From NCBI GenBank assembly GCA_903929765.1, contig CAIYVX010000082.1, positions 16,974 to 80,973 on the forward strand: a DNA stretch of 64,000 bases, read 5' to 3'. This document shows, piece by piece, positions 44,867 to 52,603 of the stretch (the first letter of the stretch is position 1; each line of letters opens with the position of its first letter). This DNA comes from an uncultured Planctomycetia bacterium. GTDB lineage: Bacteria > Planctomycetota > Phycisphaerae > FEN-1346 > JAACEH01. The notes beneath the pieces were generated by a model, which saw only the letters and a list, made by a program, of their open reading frames with translations, had not been told where the DNA came from and did no database searches. Both the position numbers and the translations under genes were made by a program.

Positions 44867-46174
44867 TCATCGGCTCCGCTCCTCGTCCAGAACTCGTATG
44901 CACACCGGCCGATTATGCACCACGTCCAGCCCGGCAAATTCCTTCAGCGCCACCCGCATGTCCCGTTCCACCGCCAGGTGCGTCATAATCATGAGCGGCA
45001 CGCTCGTCGCCTCCACCGGCTCGTGCTGAAGCACGCTGGCGATGGAAATGTGGTGCGCGCCCAGCACCCCCGTGATCCGCGACAGCACGCCCGGCTGATC
45101 CACCACGTCGAACCGCAGATAATACCGCGACGGCACGTCGTCAATCGACTGCACCGTCCCCTTTCCCGCGATGCTGAAAATGTCCCGCGCCGCAAACGTG
45201 ATCTCCGCCCGGCCCAGGGCCACGTCCACCAGGTCCGCCACCACCGCCGAAGCCGTCGGCCGCTGCCCCGCCCCTGCCCCATAATATAAGGTGTCGCCCG
45301 TCTCGTCGCCGCGCACCATCACCGCGTTGAACGGCCCGTCCACGTGGGCCAGCGGATTGCTGCGCGGCACAAAGGCCGGATGCACCCGCAGGCTCACCCC
45401 GCCGTCCGCCCCGCGCCGCCCGATGGCCAGCAGCTTGATTGTGTAATTCAACTCGGCGGCATAACGCACGTCCGCCGCCTCGATCTTCTGAATCCCTTCG
45501 CAGTGCACGTCCTCGAACCGCGCCGGCACGTCGAACGCCAGCCGCGCCAACACCGTCAGCTTGTGGGCGCTGTCCCCGCCCGACACGTCCAGCGTCGGAT
45601 CCGCCTCCGCATAGCCCTTGGCCTGCGCCTCCGCCAGGGCCTTCTTATAGCTCGTCCCCTGCTTCGTCATGCTCGTCAAAATGTAATTCGACGTCCCGTT
45701 CAGTATCCCCGTCAGCCCGGTGATCCGGTTGGCCACCAGCCCGTCCCGCACCGCCAGAATGAGCGGCAACCCGCCGGCCACCGCCGCCTCAAAACAAATC
45801 GCCTTGCCCAACTCCCGCGCCAACTTCACGAGCGGCTCTCCCCGCTCGGCCAGCAACGCCTTGTTCGCCGTGACCACGTCTTTGCCCGCCCGCAGACAGC
45901 GCTCGACCACGTCGTAAGCCGTCGTCGTCCCGCCGACCAACTCGCACACCACCGTCACTTCCGGGTCGGCCAGCACGCGATCCAGATCGTTGGTCAACAG
46001 TTCCGCCGGAACCTTCACCCCGCGATCCCGCGCCAGCTCTGTGTCGCAAACATATTTCAACTTTAGCCGCACCCCGGCCCGCGCCGCCACGGTCTCGCCG
46101 GACTCCAACAGAATCCGCGCCACCCCGCTGCCCACGGTCCCGAACCCGACTATCGCCACAGTTACCGTCTTCAT
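44867..46174 (-). CDS. hom: Homoserine dehydrogenase
   Basis: MKTVTVAIVGFGTVGSGVARIL, the NAD-binding and catalytic domains, and a C-terminal ACT domain are present. Confidence 0.93.
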   Translation of the reverse strand: MKTVTVAIVGFGTVGSGVARILLESGETVAARAGVRLKLKYVCDTELARDRGVKVPAELLTNDLDRVLADPEVTVVCELVGGTTTAYDVVERCLRAGKDVVTANKALLAERGEPLVKLARELGKAICFEAAVAGGLPLILAVRDGLVANRITGLTGILNGTSNYILTSMTKQGTSYKKALAEAQAKGYAEADPTLDVSGGDSAHKLTVLARLAFDVPARFEDVHCEGIQKIEAADVRYAAELNYTIKLLAIGRRGADGGVSLRVHPAFVPRSNPLAHVDGPFNAVMVRGDETGDTLYYGAGAGQRPTASAVVADLVDVALGRAEITFAARDIFSIAGKGTVQSIDDVPSRYYLRFDVVDQPGVLSRITGVLGAHHISIASVLQHEPVEATSVPLMIMTHLAVERDMRVALKEFAGLDVVHNRPVCIRVLDEERSR

Positions 46175-46232
46175 GGTTTCCCCGGACGCGACTCGCACGT
46201 CGTCTCTTTACCCCTCTCCCCATAAGGGAGGA

Positions 46233-46271
46233 CGGGTGGCATGGCGGCGTCGTTTGCCGCCATGTTTCGCC
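46233..46271. repeat. Palindromic element family D, copy 1
   Basis: GACGGGTGGCATGGCGGCGTCGTTTGCCGCCATGTTTCGCC has the stem CATGGCGGC/GCCGCCATG. Confidence 0.65.
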
Positions 46272-46295
46272 AGTGCCCGTTCTTCGGGTGCCGCC

Positions 46296-46352
46296 GTTTC
46301 TTCACCCCTCTCCCTCGGGAGAGGGTGGCCCGAAGGGCCGGGTGAGGGGTTA
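46296..46352 (+). repeat. Palindromic element family B, copy 2
   Basis: GTTTCTTCACCCCTCTCCCTCGGGAGAGGGTGGCCCGAAGGGCCGGGTGAGGGGTTAG is near-identical to the copy inside valS (56208-56272). Confidence 0.7.
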
Positions 46353-46489
46353 GCTCACCACCTCAAAAACTTCACCAGAACGCCATCATACGCGAGGACA
46401 TGCCCTGCCCGCGCCCTAAGCCCGACCAAAGTATTCCGAATCGCCCCATTTTTCAAGTAAAAACGCTGTGCGTACAGCCTTTGTTGTTC

Positions 46490-46514
46490 GTAGGGACAGG
46501 GCTCTGCCCTGTCC
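46490..46514 (+). repeat. GTAG-type hairpin element family G, copy 1
   Basis: GTAGGGACAGGGCTCTGCCCTGTCC is identical to 63476-63500 and begins with the GTAG tetranucleotide typical of classical REPs. Confidence 0.65.
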
Positions 46515-46543
46515 AGCCGTTTCTTTTGCCGTTGCCGCTTCAC

Positions 46544-46592
46544 CGTGGCACGGGCTTCCCGCCCGTGAGTCGCAGGGGCATCTTGCCCCTGT
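46544..46592 (+). repeat. REP family A, copy 3
   Basis: CGTGGCACGGGCTTCCCGCCCGTGAGTCGCAGGGGCATCTTGCCCCTGTG is present, and its flanking TGCCGTTGCCGCTTCAC... context also matches copy 8. Confidence 0.7.
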
Positions 46593-46670
46593 GCCGTTGT
46601 TCTTGCCGTTGCCGCGTGTAGGGGCAACCCGTGGGTCGCCCGTTGCTGTTGTTTGTTGCTTCTCTCTAGG

Positions 46671-46985
46671 CCCCCGCGCCATCGCCCTCCACTCCGCTCT
46701 CCCCCAGCCGCGAAGCGGCGAAAGTTTTTAGCCGGGCGGCGTCAGCCCCCGGTCCCCGCCGCAAACACATTCTTCTTCTTTTTCTTCTTATTTCTCTTCT
46801 CAGCCGCAGCGCGGCGTCTGATAATAACCACGCGGCGCAAGCCCGTGGTTCCCAACGCGCCGACCCGGCTTTTTTCTTCTTCTTTTTCTTTTCCCAGCCC
46901 CCTCCCCCCGCGCCATCCCCCTCCCCTCCGCTCACCCCCAGCCGCGAAGCGGCGAAAGTTATTAGCCGGGTGGCATAAGCCAGCC
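46671..46985 (+). repeat. Two ~77-nt direct repeats separated by polypyrimidine tracts
   Basis: 46671-46747 is CCCCCGCGCCATCGCCCTCCACTCCGCTCTCCCCCAGCCGCGAAGCGGCGAAAGTTTTTAGCCGGGCGGC. 46903-46985 is the same sequence with 8 substitutions. Between them lie TTCTTCTTCTTTTTCTT tracts and a GC hairpin, with no credible CDS. Confidence 0.6.
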
Positions 46986-47167
46986 ACACCCTGTCCGCGC
47001 AGACATTCACCATCCGCTTTGGCTTGGTTATTAACACATGACAATGTTCATTTTGAGGAGGGCAGGTCGAAGTAAAGGCGGAGCCAGGGTTCAAGGTCTT
47101 CGAGCGCCACGGCCTTGCCTGTAGAGATGAGGAAGGACTTCATGTTCTCGGTGAATCCGTCGCCGTC

Positions 47168-47920
47168 TTAGGAAGCGAGATTCATCTCAATGCCGAATAA
47201 GTTTTTGCCCCGCTCAAACCCGACAGCAAAATCATGCAACTCCCCGACTTCTTCGTATCGGTGAAATCGAAATCGTTCTCGGTACTGTCTGAATGGCGAT
47301 TGACTCATGTAACGCTCGAAAAGATGCTCTTCCTCATCACCCTGCCCAATGATATAGAGACCTGTTTGGAATCGTTTGGGGATTTTTAGCAACCGCAGGA
47401 GCCCGCTTTTCACTTTGGTGCTATGCTCGACTTCGAATGCGTAACGAGGGTAAAGGCCCTCATCGTCCTCGGACAGCCACATTACATCAACGTCTCGCAT
47501 CCTTGAAAGTGGCAAGCCGCTTATGCTGGCCGAGTCATTACGAACTGTGGCAAAAGAATGAATTGGGATTGCACCCATCGAGCGAATGGTCCGGTCAGTC
47601 GCATTGGTGTAGGTTTCATAGCCACATAATCGTCCGATATGAAGAAGCAACCCTTGCTGTTCCCCGTGTGGATCATTTGCGGCTCCATCGACCACAGGAG
47701 GAAGCTGGCCAAACTCAACGAGGCGATATGCCGCCCTTCCCGACGACGAACGAAATGGCTCAAATATCCGGTATTGCCGCACGACGCGACGAACAGTTGC
47801 CTCCCATGTGGCGGTCCGCGGTCGTTGCGGGCTATTCGCCAAGCACTCCGTAAGAGTTTCAAGCGTCGCCTCACCCCCGAGCTGGCGCAAAGCGTCGGCG
47901 ACAATATCTTTCCAAGTCAT
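47168..47920 (-). CDS. HARE-HTH/Mrr_N-type winged-helix protein with a nuclease-like C-terminal domain (candidate Mrr-like type IV restriction protein)
   Basis: The N-terminus MTWKDIVADALRQLGGEATLETLTECLANSPQRPRTATWEATVRRVV matches the Mrr_N/HARE-HTH pattern as recalled. The C-terminus has D...EVEHSTK-type acidic/lysine residues, a possible PD-(D/E)xK variant. The gene lies in a ~50% GC islet. Confidence 0.5.
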   Translation of the reverse strand: MTWKDIVADALRQLGGEATLETLTECLANSPQRPRTATWEATVRRVVRQYRIFEPFRSSSGRAAYRLVEFGQLPPVVDGAANDPHGEQQGLLLHIGRLCGYETYTNATDRTIRSMGAIPIHSFATVRNDSASISGLPLSRMRDVDVMWLSEDDEGLYPRYAFEVEHSTKVKSGLLRLLKIPKRFQTGLYIIGQGDEEEHLFERYMSQSPFRQYRERFRFHRYEEVGELHDFAVGFERGKNLFGIEMNLAS

Positions 47921-47922
47921 AT

Positions 47923-48180
47923 TTATGCCCTGCTAGTTTTGGCGCCCGGTTTCAATTTGGTCACAAACCTTTTACCGGCACGGCCTCTTGAAACTGGCTT
48001 TGCGGAAACAACATTGGTCACCAACGTTGGCCCGACAACGGACATACGGGGGCCTTTGCAACAAAAATCAATTATCGACTCTGGTGGGAGGCACTCTACC
48101 CAATCACGAGCATCAGCCTCATCGTCGCACTCAACAACCATCTTAAAAGGAACAGAAAGGTTCACAAGGAATTCCGGCAT
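47923..48180 (-). CDS. Small hypothetical ORF upstream of the HARE-HTH gene
   Basis: The ORF is 85 aa from the internal ATG. It has low-GC codon usage like its neighbour and no recognisable family. It may be non-coding. Confidence 0.2.
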   Translation of the reverse strand: MPEFLVNLSVPFKMVVECDDEADARDWVECLPPESIIDFCCKGPRMSVVGPTLVTNVVSAKPVSRGRAGKRFVTKLKPGAKTSRA

Positions 48181-48395
48181 TGTATCCTCCTGGAGGGACG
48201 AACTATTATGCACCTCAAAGCTTGCTTGATGCAATAGGCAAATGCCAAACCCGCAAGATTTTTCTCCACCCTCAGACAAATGGGCTGGGAAAGAGGTGAT
48301 AATTGAGTGGCCTGAGCCACAACTCTTTCCACCACACCATTGTTTTTTCTCCTTCATTCGGCGACAATATCCCCATTCTCTCGCGGAGGTCTCTT

Positions 48396-48764
48396 ATGTC
48401 CTACGAACTTCTTGTCACCATGGATTTCGGCGCCGCCCATTCCCTGCGGCAATATAAGGGCAAGTGCGAGCGGCTGCACGGCCACAACTGGCACATCGAC
48501 GTTTGCCTCGCCGCCGACGTCCTCAACCCCGACGGCATGGTCATGGACTTCGTCGAGGCCAAGGCCCTCATCCGCGAAATCCTCTCAAGTTACGATCACT
48601 ATCATCTGAACGAGGTGCCGCCCTTCGACCAGATCAACCCCACCAGCGAGAACCTGGCCCGTGTTCTGTCCGAGCGGCTCCAGCCCGGCCTGCCGCCGGG
48701 CGTCCGCGTCGTCCGCGTCACCGCCTGGGAAAGCGATAATTGCGGCGCGACGTTTATTGTGTAA
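48396..48764 (+). CDS. queD: 6-carboxytetrahydropterin / 6-pyruvoyl-tetrahydropterin synthase family (QueD/PTPS)
   Basis: MSYELLVTMDFGAAHSLRQYKGKCERLHGHNWHIDV has the Cys-x5-His-Gly-His zinc/catalytic motif of the PTPS fold. The product is 122 aa. Confidence 0.85.
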   Translation: MSYELLVTMDFGAAHSLRQYKGKCERLHGHNWHIDVCLAADVLNPDGMVMDFVEAKALIREILSSYDHYHLNEVPPFDQINPTSENLARVLSERLQPGLPPGVRVVRVTAWESDNCGATFIV

Positions 48765-48785
48765 GATGAACGACAAAAGAAGCAA

Positions 48786-48839
48786 CACCCTCACCCTACC
48801 CTCTCCCCTCAAGGGAGAGGGGTGAAGAAGAAAAAGAAG
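48786..48839 (-). repeat. Palindromic element family B, copy 3
   Basis: CACCCTCACCCTACCCTCTCCCCTCAAGGGAGAGGGGTGAAGAAGAAAAAGAAG is the reverse complement of copy 1. It supplies the GTG and lysine codons of the next gene's annotated start. Confidence 0.7.
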
Positions 48840-50150
48840 AGGCAGGCCGTGACCGAACGAAAAATCCGCATCCAACTCGCCCTCGATTTCGCCGACCTGA
48901 GCCGCGCCCTGGCCGTGGCCCGCGCCGCCGTGCCCGAGGGCATCGACATCGTCGAAGCCGGCACGCCGCTCATCAAGAGCGAGGGTCTTAACGCCGTCCG
49001 CGAGTTGCGCCGCCTCTTTCCCGACCGGCCGATCCTGGCCGACCTCAAGACCGCCGACGCGGGCCGCATCGAAATGGAATGCGCCGCCAAGGCCGGGGCC
49101 ACGATGGCCATCTGCCTCGGCGCCGTCAGCGAATCGACCGTCCAGGAATCCATCGAAGCCGGCCGCAATTACGGCATCGAGGTCGGCGTCGACATGCTCG
49201 GCGTCGCCGATTACGTCGCCCTGGCCAAAAAATGCGAAGCCTGGGGCGCCGCCTTCCTCAACGTCCACCTCCCCATCGACGACCAGATGCGCGGCCTCCA
49301 ATCATTCGACCGCCTCCGCCAGATCGCCGAAGCCGTCTCGATTCCCGTCGCCGCCGCCGGGGGACTTAATTCCGAAAACGTCGTCGACGCCATCGCCGCC
49401 GGCGCTGCCATCGTCATCATCGGCGGCGCGATCACCAAGGCCGCCGACGTGGCCCAGGCCACGAGGGACATTCGCCGCGCGGTGGACACGCGGGCCAAAG
49501 TCGCCACCGAACTTTTCCGCCGCGCCGGCGAGACCGACATCCGCGAAGTCCTCGGCCGCGTCTCGGCCGCCAATTTAAGCGACGGGGCACACCGCCTGCC
49601 CTCGCTCGACGGACTCCGCCCGCTCTGGCCGGGCATCCGCTTTTGCGGCCCGGCCCTGACCGTCCGCACCGTCCCCGGCGATTGGTCGAAGCCCGTCCTG
49701 GCCATCGACCAGGCTGAGCCTGGCGACGTTCTCGTCATCGACGCCGGCGGCCGCCCGCCCGCCGTCTGGGGCGAACTGGCCACACAGAGCGCCATCGTCA
49801 ACAAGCTCTCCGGCGCCGTCATCGACGGGGCCGTCCGCGACACCATGGACATCCGCCGCCTCGAATTCCCGATCTTCTCCCGCTGCGTCTCGGCCAACGC
49901 CGGCGAACCCAAGGGCCTCGGCGAAATCGGCCAGCCGATTTTCCTTTCCGGCCAGCGAATCATGACCGGCGACTGGATTCTCGCCGACGACGACGGCGTC
50001 GTGGTTCTGCCCAAGGCCCGGGCGGTGGAAATGGCCAACCGCGCCCAGGACGTTCTGGAAAAAGAAAACCGCCTTCGCGACGAAATCACCAGCGGCCGCA
50101 GCTCGCTCGGCAAAGTCGCCGAACTTTTGCGCTGGGAGAAAAAATCTTAA
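48822..50150 (+). CDS. Fusion protein: 3-hexulose-6-phosphate synthase (HPS/KGPDC-OMPDC fold) N-terminal domain plus RraA/MenG-like (HMG/CHA-aldolase family) C-terminal domain
   Basis: Residues ~15-215 (IQLALDF...DIVEAGTPLIKSEGLNAVRELRRLFPDRPILADLKTADAG...IIGGAITKAAD) align with B. subtilis HxlA as recalled. Residues ~250-420 (GPALTVRTVPGDW...GDVLVIDAGG...WGELATQSAIVNKLSGAVIDGAVRD) match the RraA-like fold. The true start may be downstream of the repeat-derived GTG. Confidence 0.8.
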   Translation: MKKKKKRQAVTERKIRIQLALDFADLSRALAVARAAVPEGIDIVEAGTPLIKSEGLNAVRELRRLFPDRPILADLKTADAGRIEMECAAKAGATMAICLGAVSESTVQESIEAGRNYGIEVGVDMLGVADYVALAKKCEAWGAAFLNVHLPIDDQMRGLQSFDRLRQIAEAVSIPVAAAGGLNSENVVDAIAAGAAIVIIGGAITKAADVAQATRDIRRAVDTRAKVATELFRRAGETDIREVLGRVSAANLSDGAHRLPSLDGLRPLWPGIRFCGPALTVRTVPGDWSKPVLAIDQAEPGDVLVIDAGGRPPAVWGELATQSAIVNKLSGAVIDGAVRDTMDIRRLEFPIFSRCVSANAGEPKGLGEIGQPIFLSGQRIMTGDWILADDDGVVVLPKARAVEMANRAQDVLEKENRLRDEITSGRSSLGKVAELLRWEKKS

Positions 50151-50251
50151 CCCCGCATTTCCCCGTTGTCCCTTACAATCTTTTGTTCGCGCCCGACAAG
50201 TTTGCTCGGTAGAATACGTCCGATTCCGATGTTGAAAAACAGGAGAGAAAT

Positions 50252-51319
50252 ATGGTGCCGACGATCCGATCCGTTGCAGCGTGGTTGTTATTGGCTGTGT
50301 TCCTGGCGACTGCGGGGTGTACTGCGCCATCCACGATGCCAACGGCTCCGAAGGGCGCCGTGACGGGCGCCGCGTCGGCAGCCTCCAGCGCCCAGCCCCC
50401 CTGCCCGGCTACGGCGACCGACCTCAAGGGCGCCTATGCCATGAACGGTGAACTGTACGTCAACACCTTCGGCACGCCGGAGGGCCGGCCGATCACGACC
50501 GGACACCATGACATGAAGCCCTCCTGGTCCAAGACGGGCGACAGTCTCGTCTTCTTCCGCGTCATCGCCTTCGCCAAGCAGGTTCCCGACTGGAAGACCG
50601 CGATCTGCACGATCAAGACCGACGGCTCGGGCTTCCGCCAGCTCACCGACGGAACCCACACCGACTTCAATCCCACCTGGACGCGAGACGGCCAGAACCT
50701 GATCGTCTTGAATCGACAGGACAAACAGGTCGTCGGAACCCACAGTTACGTTGTGATGTTCACCCGCTCCGACGCCGGCCCCGGCGATGAGTACGCCGTG
50801 AGCGACACGCGGACCCCCACCGAGTCCCTCAGTTGCCTCAAGGATGGCCGCGAACTGGTCTGGGCCTTCAGGGGCCTGGGGATCAAACGTGGCTACTTTC
50901 TCATGACGCCCGGCCGAGACAACAGTGCGAAATACGAACCCCTTCAGTGCGAGTTGGCGAACGCGGGCCTGCTCGATCGTGTCAGCGTCTCGCCCGGCGA
51001 GACGAAGATCTGCTTCGAGTTCCAGAGAGGCTCCGGCGCCTACCGCTACCCCGGCCGGATTCTCTACATCGCCGACTTCGACGCCAGGGCGAAAACCATC
51101 ACCAACCCGAAGATCATTGCCAACGAGGCCGGCGACCCGGACACCGTCTATCTCTACCCCCGCTGGACCAGGGACGAGAGTGCGGTCGTTTACCACTGCA
51201 ATAAGACCGGCAAGAATCAGTTGTACCTGTACCGGCTTAAGGACGGATCGACGATCCGCGTTTCGACCAACGCCGGCGCGGATTATATGTTCCCCCACGG
51301 CGAGGCGACGCCGAAATAG
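50252..51319 (+). CDS. Lipoprotein with WD40-like (PD40/TolB-type) beta-propeller repeats
   Basis: It has a lipobox (LATAGC) and recurring PSWSKTGDSLVF / NPTWTRDGQNLIV / YPRWTRDESAVVY blades. Confidence 0.7.
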   Translation: MVPTIRSVAAWLLLAVFLATAGCTAPSTMPTAPKGAVTGAASAASSAQPPCPATATDLKGAYAMNGELYVNTFGTPEGRPITTGHHDMKPSWSKTGDSLVFFRVIAFAKQVPDWKTAICTIKTDGSGFRQLTDGTHTDFNPTWTRDGQNLIVLNRQDKQVVGTHSYVVMFTRSDAGPGDEYAVSDTRTPTESLSCLKDGRELVWAFRGLGIKRGYFLMTPGRDNSAKYEPLQCELANAGLLDRVSVSPGETKICFEFQRGSGAYRYPGRILYIADFDARAKTITNPKIIANEAGDPDTVYLYPRWTRDESAVVYHCNKTGKNQLYLYRLKDGSTIRVSTNAGADYMFPHGEATPK

Positions 51320-51366
51320 GCTTCCTCCGCGGCAGCTTTGCCGTGGGCCGACGAAAGGAACCGAGA

Positions 51367-52443
51367 ATGGCGAAAGAAACTGACCAACTCTCGCGGCGGG
51401 ACATGCTCAAGCTGGCCGCGCAAGCCGCCCTCGTGGCCACAGTTTCGGGCTGCCTCTCGCGGACGGTTACGCCGCCGGTTGTTAAGGTCGCGCCGGTTGA
51501 CCAGCCCGCGCCGGCGGACCAGGCCGTGGCGACCGGGACCATCCCCGCGCGGGCCTTCGGCCGGACCGGCCTGGAACTGCCGATTCTCGGCTTTGGCGGC
51601 GCCGCCCTCCCCGCCACCTGGGGCAATCCGCTCTCGCTCGACGACCGCGTGAAACTGGTTCGCTACGCCTATGATCGCGGCGTGCGCTACTTCGACACCG
51701 CCGGCAACTATTTTGAGAGCGAGTCGATTCTCGGCCAGGGACTGCTGGGCCTCCGTCAGCACGTCCAGTTGGCCACGAAGGTCCAGACGACCATCCCGGC
51801 CGAGGTGCCGAAGGCCGTGGAGAAGTCTCTCCAGCAACTCCAAACGGACTACCTCGACTTCATCCAGATTCACGGCACGCCGGGCCTGGAGCAGATGAGC
51901 GTCAAGCAGGCCATGGCGATCCACGGTGAACTGGTCAAGCTGCGCGACCAGGGCGTCGTCCGACATATCGGGTTCAGCGCCCACTCCTACTTCGACAAGG
52001 CCCTGGCCCTAATCGAGACCGGCGGCTTCGAACAGTGCATGCTGGCGTACGGCTATCTTCCCAAAGGCTACAATCAGGTCTTTGCCGCCAGAATGCTGGA
52101 GCTGCGTAACGCCTGCCTGGCCAAAGCCCATGAGCGGGGCATGGCCATCGTCGCCATGAAGGTCGTTGGCGCCGGGTGTCTCGGCGTACGGGCCGGATCC
52201 TTGGTCCCCGACTTCGACAAAAAACGCCTCACCCAACTGCCCGCCGCCGCGATCCGCTATGTGCTGCAAGACCAGCGGGTTAACCTCCTCGCCATCGGCA
52301 TGCGTCTCAAGCAGGAGATTGACGCGAACATCGGTACGCTTGCGGGGGATACTGCGTTCACCGCCGCAGACCGCGCGCTTCTTGCGGAGTTCTCCGTGCG
52401 CGTGCTGGATAGCGAACCGCTCAAGAAGCTGCGGGTGGACTGA
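51367..52443 (+). CDS. Tat-exported aldo/keto reductase
   Basis: It has a twin-arginine signal (SRRDMLKLAAQAAL), the AKR motifs (RYFDTAGNY, HIGFSAHS) and a 359-aa length. Confidence 0.85.
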   Translation: MAKETDQLSRRDMLKLAAQAALVATVSGCLSRTVTPPVVKVAPVDQPAPADQAVATGTIPARAFGRTGLELPILGFGGAALPATWGNPLSLDDRVKLVRYAYDRGVRYFDTAGNYFESESILGQGLLGLRQHVQLATKVQTTIPAEVPKAVEKSLQQLQTDYLDFIQIHGTPGLEQMSVKQAMAIHGELVKLRDQGVVRHIGFSAHSYFDKALALIETGGFEQCMLAYGYLPKGYNQVFAARMLELRNACLAKAHERGMAIVAMKVVGAGCLGVRAGSLVPDFDKKRLTQLPAAAIRYVLQDQRVNLLAIGMRLKQEIDANIGTLAGDTAFTAADRALLAEFSVRVLDSEPLKKLRVD

Positions 52444-52603
52444 GTTCACCGCCGGGGCCGGGCGTCATTGGTTCATCGCCGCAACACTTTTTATCCCCAA
52501 GGTCTTGATTTCCTGACACGAAGTCCTCAAACTGTTGTCCGAAGAGCCCGGCTTCGTGGCCGGACCAGTCCAAGTGGAAAATATCGGTTAAAAGGAGATT
52601 CTC

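Noticed and set aside
46653-47094. The 140/142-aa ORFs on both strands across the 77-nt direct-repeat region.
   Set aside because: They are translations of polypyrimidine/polypurine tracts and the duplicated unit (FFFFFLFLF..., KKKKKKKAG...). They have no start context and no family resemblance. I treat the region as non-coding repeat DNA.
47048-47143. A 31-aa minus-strand mini-ORF (MKSFLISTGKAVALEDLEPWLRLYFDLPSSK) just downstream of the HARE-HTH gene.
   Set aside because: It is too short and featureless to call. It could be a remnant of the islet's original 3' end. It is not listed as a feature.
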